This document shows positions 59,342-64,000 of a stretch of DNA of 64,000 nucleotides, in pieces (positions within the stretch are counted from its first letter, which is position 1; each line of letters opens with the position of its first letter). The notes under the pieces were generated by a model. That model had not been told where the DNA came from. It did no database searches and saw nothing but the letters and a program-made list of their open reading frames with translations. A program made the translations under genes and the position numbers. Location of the stretch: contig JBGARZ010000003.1 of NCBI GenBank assembly GCA_044229975.1, positions 384,001-448,000 of the forward strand. Direction: 5' to 3'. The DNA is from Polyangiales bacterium. GTDB lineage: Bacteria > Myxococcota_A > Polyangia > Polyangiales > Ga0077539.

Positions 59342-60115
59342 TCAGCCGACGGCGGAGGTCGGCGGTCGGAGGAGGATCATCCCGAAGCCGAAGGCGCGGT
59401 GGCGCCCGAGGCCGCGAGCGAGGAGCGCGCGGAAGAGCGCGGGGTCGGTGACGGTGAGGGTGCCTTCCATCACGGCGTTGGGCCGCTCGATGGCCTTCTC
59501 GCCGCCCTTGCGAGGCATGACGTCGCGGCGAAACTCGGCGAGCTTCGCGCCGTCGAGCGTGCACGCGCCGCCGCCTTCGAGCTGCTTGCGAAGCCAGTCG
59601 ACGTAGACGGTCTCACGCGAGACGTAGGTCTCCTTCGAGAGCCCCAACGTGGCGTGGATGAAGGCGTCGATCTCTCGGCTCTTCATCCTGCCCCGTCGAT
59701 CGACGCCCAGCGGACGCTCACCAGCGACCTTGGTGCGGACGATGGGGCAGACCCGAGCGCGGAAGCCGAGCCTCTGCCCGACGCTGAAGGTCGGCACTGC
59801 CGTTGATTTGCAGACGCGCACGAGTTCTGCGCGGGACGGGCCCATGCGCCCGGCAAGTGCGGCGCCCGCCTCGGCGGCATAGCCGAGCACGTACGCCTCG
59901 TCAGGCCGCCTCTGATCGGTCGGATAATTGTCGTCGACAGTGAACGAAGAGAGCGGAACCGTCGCAGGCTCCGAAGAGACCGCGAAGAGCTGAGCGAGGC
60001 CCGCGTGGAGGACGTAGCCCTCGTCGACGTTGTGCGCGAGACGGTGCCGCGCCGCGAGGCGGACCAGCGCACGCCGGTCGAGGACCAACCGCACCAGATG
60101 GAGTTCTTCCGTCAT
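59342..60115 (-). CDS. cas6e: Type I-E Cas6e (Cse3/CasE)
   Basis: C-terminal G-loop 'GLGRHRAFGFGMILL', 'GFRARVCP' and 'YVDWL'; located between cas5 and cas1. Confidence 0.92.
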   Translation of the reverse strand: MTEELHLVRLVLDRRALVRLAARHRLAHNVDEGYVLHAGLAQLFAVSSEPATVPLSSFTVDDNYPTDQRRPDEAYVLGYAAEAGAALAGRMGPSRAELVRVCKSTAVPTFSVGQRLGFRARVCPIVRTKVAGERPLGVDRRGRMKSREIDAFIHATLGLSKETYVSRETVYVDWLRKQLEGGGACTLDGAKLAEFRRDVMPRKGGEKAIERPNAVMEGTLTVTDPALFRALLARGLGRHRAFGFGMILLRPPTSAVG

Positions 60116-60783
60116 GACCGCGCCTCCGCGACGGCGGTCGCCGTCGGCATCCACTCGGTTCGCACATAGCGCACGCCATAGCGCCGCTCCACGTCCGCGA
60201 AGGAGAGCGGAACGTCATAGCGCGCATCACCCTCGGCCCCGTCCGTCTCTACGACGACGCGAAGGTCTCCTGACTCTGGCCGTTCGGCGAGCGGCGCGTT
60301 GCGAACGGCCATGGTCGCGTCTTCCGCGACGACCCCAACGAGGACCGCCACCGCAGGCGGACACGAGCGTCGTCCGAGGAAGAGAGGCCAGCGCGGCGAT
60401 CGCAAGGCTGCCGCGATGCGATGCACGAGCGCGGTGTCGCCCTCCAGCGCCGCGACGAAGCTCGCGTCCTGGAGGTAGTACCGCTCTGTCGGCACACAGG
60501 AGCCGGTGCCGTACGCGGTGTACTTCTGCCCGCGAAACCGCCCGCCCCCGGCCGTGTGGTAGTCGCGCAGCAGCGACCCGGGCCGGTCGACGCGCACCGC
60601 CATCGAGAGACGGCGCAGCTCCGCGAGGGTCGCATCGTCATCGCGCGGCATGCCGAGCGCCGACCCCACGAGCCCGAGCACGCCGCTCTTGGTGGGCTCG
60701 CGCTCCGTGTCACGGATGCCGAGCTTCCCCTGCGCCGACCACGCCTGGAGGGGGCCTTCGAGGCGCAGCACTACCGACGTCAC
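60112..60783 (-). CDS. cas5: Type I-E Cas5 (CasD)
   Basis: 'LRLEGPLQAW', 'PTKSGVLGLVGSALG', 'DYHT', 'RYYLQDA' and 'LFLGRRSCPP'. Confidence 0.95.
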   Translation of the reverse strand: MTSVVLRLEGPLQAWSAQGKLGIRDTEREPTKSGVLGLVGSALGMPRDDDATLAELRRLSMAVRVDRPGSLLRDYHTAGGGRFRGQKYTAYGTGSCVPTERYYLQDASFVAALEGDTALVHRIAAALRSPRWPLFLGRRSCPPAVAVLVGVVAEDATMAVRNAPLAERPESGDLRVVVETDGAEGDARYDVPLSFADVERRYGVRYVRTEWMPTATAVAEARS

Positions 60784-62051
60784 GACGTGGCCCCAGCGGC
60801 GTGTCGCGTGACCTCCGCGAAGAACTCGTTGAGCCCCTTGGCTCGGGTCGGGCGGCCCTCAGCTCGCGTGAGCTCGCGGTCGGCCCACGAGAGCATCGTC
60901 GCGTTGCCGATCGCGTCGCGCAGCCGCTCGACGTACTGCTCCAGCTTCTGGATGGAGTCGTCGACCAGGTCGGTGTCCTCGTCGCGCGGACGCGCGGGCT
61001 TGAGGAAGGCGTTGGTGAGGGAGATCGACTGCCCCTCCGTGCGGACGACGGCCAGCGCGTAGCTGGGGAAATTGTGCGCGGCCATACTGTTCTGCGTGCC
61101 GGTGGGGATGGCCGAGACGAAGGCTCGCACGAAGGCTGCGAGGGAAGTGCCGACGAGCTCGTCGCCGCCGTCGAGGTTGGCGCGGAGCGCGTCCACGTCG
61201 AGCACGGCGTACCGGTAGAAGCACGAGGAGTTGAACGCGACGGTTCCCATCATGTCCGAGCCCGCGGTGTCCTTCGGCTTGAAGTCGTCGACGGCGGTGA
61301 AGAAGTCGAAGTCCATCTGCACCCGGTTGGTCGAGATCGCCTGGGCAACCTGGCAGGACGCGTCGACGTTCCACTCGGGCTTGTCGGCGAGCATGCGGCC
61401 GAAGAGGGCGACATCGACGGTGCGCCGGGCCTTCTCCAGCAGTCCCTCGACGGCCTCACGCACCTCCTTGGGGTAGGCGTTCTTGGCCTCGGTCTTCTGC
61501 TTCTTCGCGTCCTTCTTCGGGGCCGCGGGCTTCTTCCCCTTCTTCGCTCCCTCCGCCCGGGCGGCCTCCGCGACGGGCTCTTCCGCATCGGGTGCTACGT
61601 CGTCGGCCGGTGTCTTGTCAGCCGCGAGGGCGCCGAGCGCGTCGCGGTTCGTGTGCAGCAACGTCGCGAGTTCACCCACCAATCGCCGTGGAACGAAGAG
61701 CAGGTACTCGGTCTTCCAGGCGTCGTCCCCGGTGCCCTTCTTGGTCTTGCCCAGGCCCACACCCTCGATCGCGCCCATGGTGAGCGCGAGGGCCTTCTCC
61801 CGATCGTGACCGTGCTTCGCGACCAGCTCATCGGCGACCTGAATGGCCAAACGCTTGGTGCGCGCGCCTAGCGAGTCGGAGGCGACGAGGTTGTCGAGGC
61901 GGAAGGTCTCTCGCACCGCGCGCTTCTGGCACTGGCTGGAGATGCGCGCGCGACGGTAGCCGCCTAGCTCGCACTCCTTGGGCGCGCCGGTGTCGTCGCG
62001 GTTGAGGTTGGACGGGGCGAAGTTCTGCAACAGATGGAGCTCGATTTTCAT
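60780..62051 (-). CDS. cas7: Type I-E Cas7 (Cse4/CasC)
   Basis: 'HLLQNFAPSNLNRDDTGAPK', 'RARISSQCQKRA', 'DVALFGRM', 'DFFTAVDD' and 'PTGTQNS'. Confidence 0.97.
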   Translation of the reverse strand: MKIELHLLQNFAPSNLNRDDTGAPKECELGGYRRARISSQCQKRAVRETFRLDNLVASDSLGARTKRLAIQVADELVAKHGHDREKALALTMGAIEGVGLGKTKKGTGDDAWKTEYLLFVPRRLVGELATLLHTNRDALGALAADKTPADDVAPDAEEPVAEAARAEGAKKGKKPAAPKKDAKKQKTEAKNAYPKEVREAVEGLLEKARRTVDVALFGRMLADKPEWNVDASCQVAQAISTNRVQMDFDFFTAVDDFKPKDTAGSDMMGTVAFNSSCFYRYAVLDVDALRANLDGGDELVGTSLAAFVRAFVSAIPTGTQNSMAAHNFPSYALAVVRTEGQSISLTNAFLKPARPRDEDTDLVDDSIQKLEQYVERLRDAIGNATMLSWADRELTRAEGRPTRAKGLNEFFAEVTRHAAGATS

Positions 62052-62067
62052 GGTCGGTGCCTTTCGT

Positions 62068-62577
62068 TCAGACGGTCGTGTCGTCGGAGTCTTCGTGGCG
62101 GGGGTCGGGGGACCAGAAGTCGCGCGCCCAATCACGGCGGACGAAGTCGTCGCCGTGGTCCCAATGCCGGATGGCGCGGTGGAGGTTGGCCCAGTCGATC
62201 GCGTGCCCCTTGCTCGCGATGAGAGAGACGGCGTGCCGCAGGTGGGTGCCGAGGTCGGCGCGACTCGCCGACAGCAGCGCGTGAAACCTCTGCTCGACGC
62301 TCTCGCTGTCGATGGCCAGCAAGCGAAGCGCACTCGCCAGCGTCAGCGAACCACTCTCGGGATGCAGCGCGAACAGCCCCGCGAGCAGCAGCGCGTCGTC
62401 CTCACGCTTGGTGCCCGCTTCGCGCGAGATGAAAGGGAGAACCACGCGCAAGCCGTCGAGCGCGTGGCCCTTTTGCAACGAACCCCGTAGCGCGGCGAGC
62501 GTGGCGCGATCCTCGCGCTCGGCGATCGCCTCCAGTTGTCTCACCAGCGGATCTTCTTTGGTCGATGTCGTACTCAC
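62068..62577 (-). CDS. cse2: Type I-E small subunit Cse2 (CasB/Cas11)
   Basis: 'DRATLAALR', 'LFALHP', 'SVEQRFHALL', 'IDWANL' and 'WARDFW'. Confidence 0.93.
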   Translation of the reverse strand: MSTTSTKEDPLVRQLEAIAEREDRATLAALRGSLQKGHALDGLRVVLPFISREAGTKREDDALLLAGLFALHPESGSLTLASALRLLAIDSESVEQRFHALLSASRADLGTHLRHAVSLIASKGHAIDWANLHRAIRHWDHGDDFVRRDWARDFWSPDPRHEDSDDTTV

Positions 62578-64000
62578 GGGTTGCTCTCCTCCACGGCCAC
62601 CGGGGCCGACGTGCGTGGAACTCTCGGCAGGTTTTCTCCGAGGGACTTCTCGGCGAGCGCGTACGCCTTCAGCCACCGCGCGCTGTTGTCGGGTCGATCG
62701 GTCACGCGCTCAAAGACGTCACGGGCTACGGCGCGGCTGCGACGCGCGAAGGTCGAGGCCGCCGCCTCGGGCCCGTCGGGCAGTGCACGCATGAAGCGGT
62801 CGAACTCGACCCCGAGCGCGCTCCACGCGGCTCCCTCCGCGCCGAGTGACTGCACGAGTCCCTTGATGTCCTTGGTGTCTGGATCGCGCCCGCCCGGAGA
62901 GAGCGCGTGGCGCGCGAACAACCACAGCGAGCTCCGGAGGGCATCGACCGCTCTCTTCGCGAAGTTCAGGCATGCCTCGACAGCATCGCGGGCGTCCTCG
63001 TCGTCGAAGCAGCGAACGGCGGTCTGGATACGCTCGACTCGCACGGCGTCGACCCGGGACTTCTCGGCGGCGATGCCGAAGGTCTCCACCGAGTACACGC
63101 GGGTGGAGCCCAGCACGTCGATCGCTTCAGGGTCGGCGACGAGGGCGATGGCGCGCGGGCGTTCGTACTCTGCCGACTCCCCTCGCCCCGCCTCGAAGAG
63201 AGCGCCCGCGTCTCGCCAGAAAGCGCGCTCGGGGTCGATGCCGACGCTGACCCAGCCGCGCTCCTCGTGGCGCCGGTAGGTGACCATCGGGTCGTGCGGC
63301 GGATCGTCGCGCAAGCCCTTGCCCACGGCGTTGATGAAGCCGGTGACCACAGCGCCGTCGTGCACCAGCTCCACCCGTCGGCTCAGCCAGGTGAGGAGAT
63401 CGAGGTAGCCGAGGAAGGTCTGCTTCGGCTCCTTCTCCACCCGCAACTGCGCCGGGGGAGCGGGCTGCTCCCACGAGCACGCGTCGACCGCGCCTCCCGT
63501 GGAGATGGGCTGTCCCTCGGCGGGGTCATACCTGAGCAGGTTGGACACGAGCGTCTCGAAGAGCGTCGCGCCTCGCAGGATGACCACGCCCGCGCGCACC
63601 AGCGGGGCCGCGGTCGCCGCCGTGGGCTCGCCCGGCTTCTTCACGAGCCCGCCCGTCGCGAACGCGTGGTGGGCGAGCAGCGCGCGGGCCGCGCGGGCGG
63701 GCGACATCACGGGCGGTGGGTCCGTCGGACGGTGGCGAAAGAGGGCACGCCCGCCGCCCCACCCCGAACGCACGACCTCCATCTCGTCGATCGGAACGAC
63801 GTACTCGGCGAACTGCTCGACGAGCCCGCGCGTCTGCGCGAAGGGATGCGTCGGGTGGAAGAGGTCCATGCGGTCCGCGACGGCGTCGAGGTACGCCGCG
63901 ACGCGGTCGGGGTCGAAGCGTCCGGCCGACGCGATCGCCACCCACTGTTTCATGGTCCGCGGGCCTGCGTAGGCGCGGTGGAGCACGGCCAGCAGGTGAC
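62574..64000 (-). CDS. cse1: Type I-E large subunit Cse1 (CasA/Cas8e), 5'-truncated by the window edge
   Basis: 'DLFHPTHPFAQ', 'AARALLAHHAF..GG', 'GATLFETL..NL', 'LTWLSRR', 'DPMV' and 'RAFWRD'. Confidence 0.93.
   Translation of the reverse strand, partial: HLLAVLHRAYAGPRTMKQWVAIASAGRFDPDRVAAYLDAVADRMDLFHPTHPFAQTRGLVEQFAEYVVPIDEMEVVRSGWGGGRALFRHRPTDPPPVMSPARAARALLAHHAFATGGLVKKPGEPTAATAAPLVRAGVVILRGATLFETLVSNLLRYDPAEGQPISTGGAVDACSWEQPAPPAQLRVEKEPKQTFLGYLDLLTWLSRRVELVHDGAVVTGFINAVGKGLRDDPPHDPMVTYRRHEERGWVSVGIDPERAFWRDAGALFEAGRGESAEYERPRAIALVADPEAIDVLGSTRVYSVETFGIAAEKSRVDAVRVERIQTAVRCFDDEDARDAVEACLNFAKRAVDALRSSLWLFARHALSPGGRDPDTKDIKGLVQSLGAEGAAWSALGVEFDRFMRALPDGPEAAASTFARRSRAVARDVFERVTDRPDNSARWLKAYALAEKSLGENLPRVPRTSAPVAVEESNP

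Noticed and set aside
50891..64000. CRISPR-associated transposon (CAST) interpretation
   Set aside because: There is no TnsC/TniQ-like gene, the IS ends enclose only the two transposase-like ORFs, and the cas operon is a standard I-E with cas1/cas2. cas3 is presumably beyond the window edge.

Overview
This is a very GC-rich bacterial chromosomal segment. Gene content (prfB-lysS-lolC/E-lolD, cinA-thpR-recA, CarD/CdnL, sigma54 two-component system, DWG-type Ser/Thr kinase, Cys-rich lipoproteins) suggests a myxobacterium (Myxococcota, Polyangiales-like); this is inferred, not tested. Positions 1-49.6 kb hold housekeeping genes (lysS, frameshifted prfB, purD, recA, moaD/moeA/moaB), secreted proteins and glycosyltransferases. 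They also hold an inositol/CDP-alcohol biosynthetic cluster with a nucleotidyltransferase-aminotransferase fusion, and a WGR/regulatory/catalytic poly(ADP-ribose) polymerase that strongly resembles eukaryotic PARP3. Positions 49.8-64 kb are a type I-E CRISPR-Cas locus on the minus strand (cse1 partial, cse2, cas7, cas5, cas6e, cas1, cas2) with 59 repeats. The array is split by a 3647-bp insertion element that has a 6-bp target duplication, imperfect terminal inverted repeats and two different DDE integrase-type genes. Between cas2 and the array, in place of a normal leader, is a ~1.1-kb segment bounded by imperfect inverted repeats. It carries an uncharacterised helical protein gene and five 43-bp-period hairpin units. 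A gene ending in a similar motif at the window start is followed by four 42-bp-period hairpin units and a 170-nt palindrome. Functional calls come from motif recognition by eye; no searches were run.
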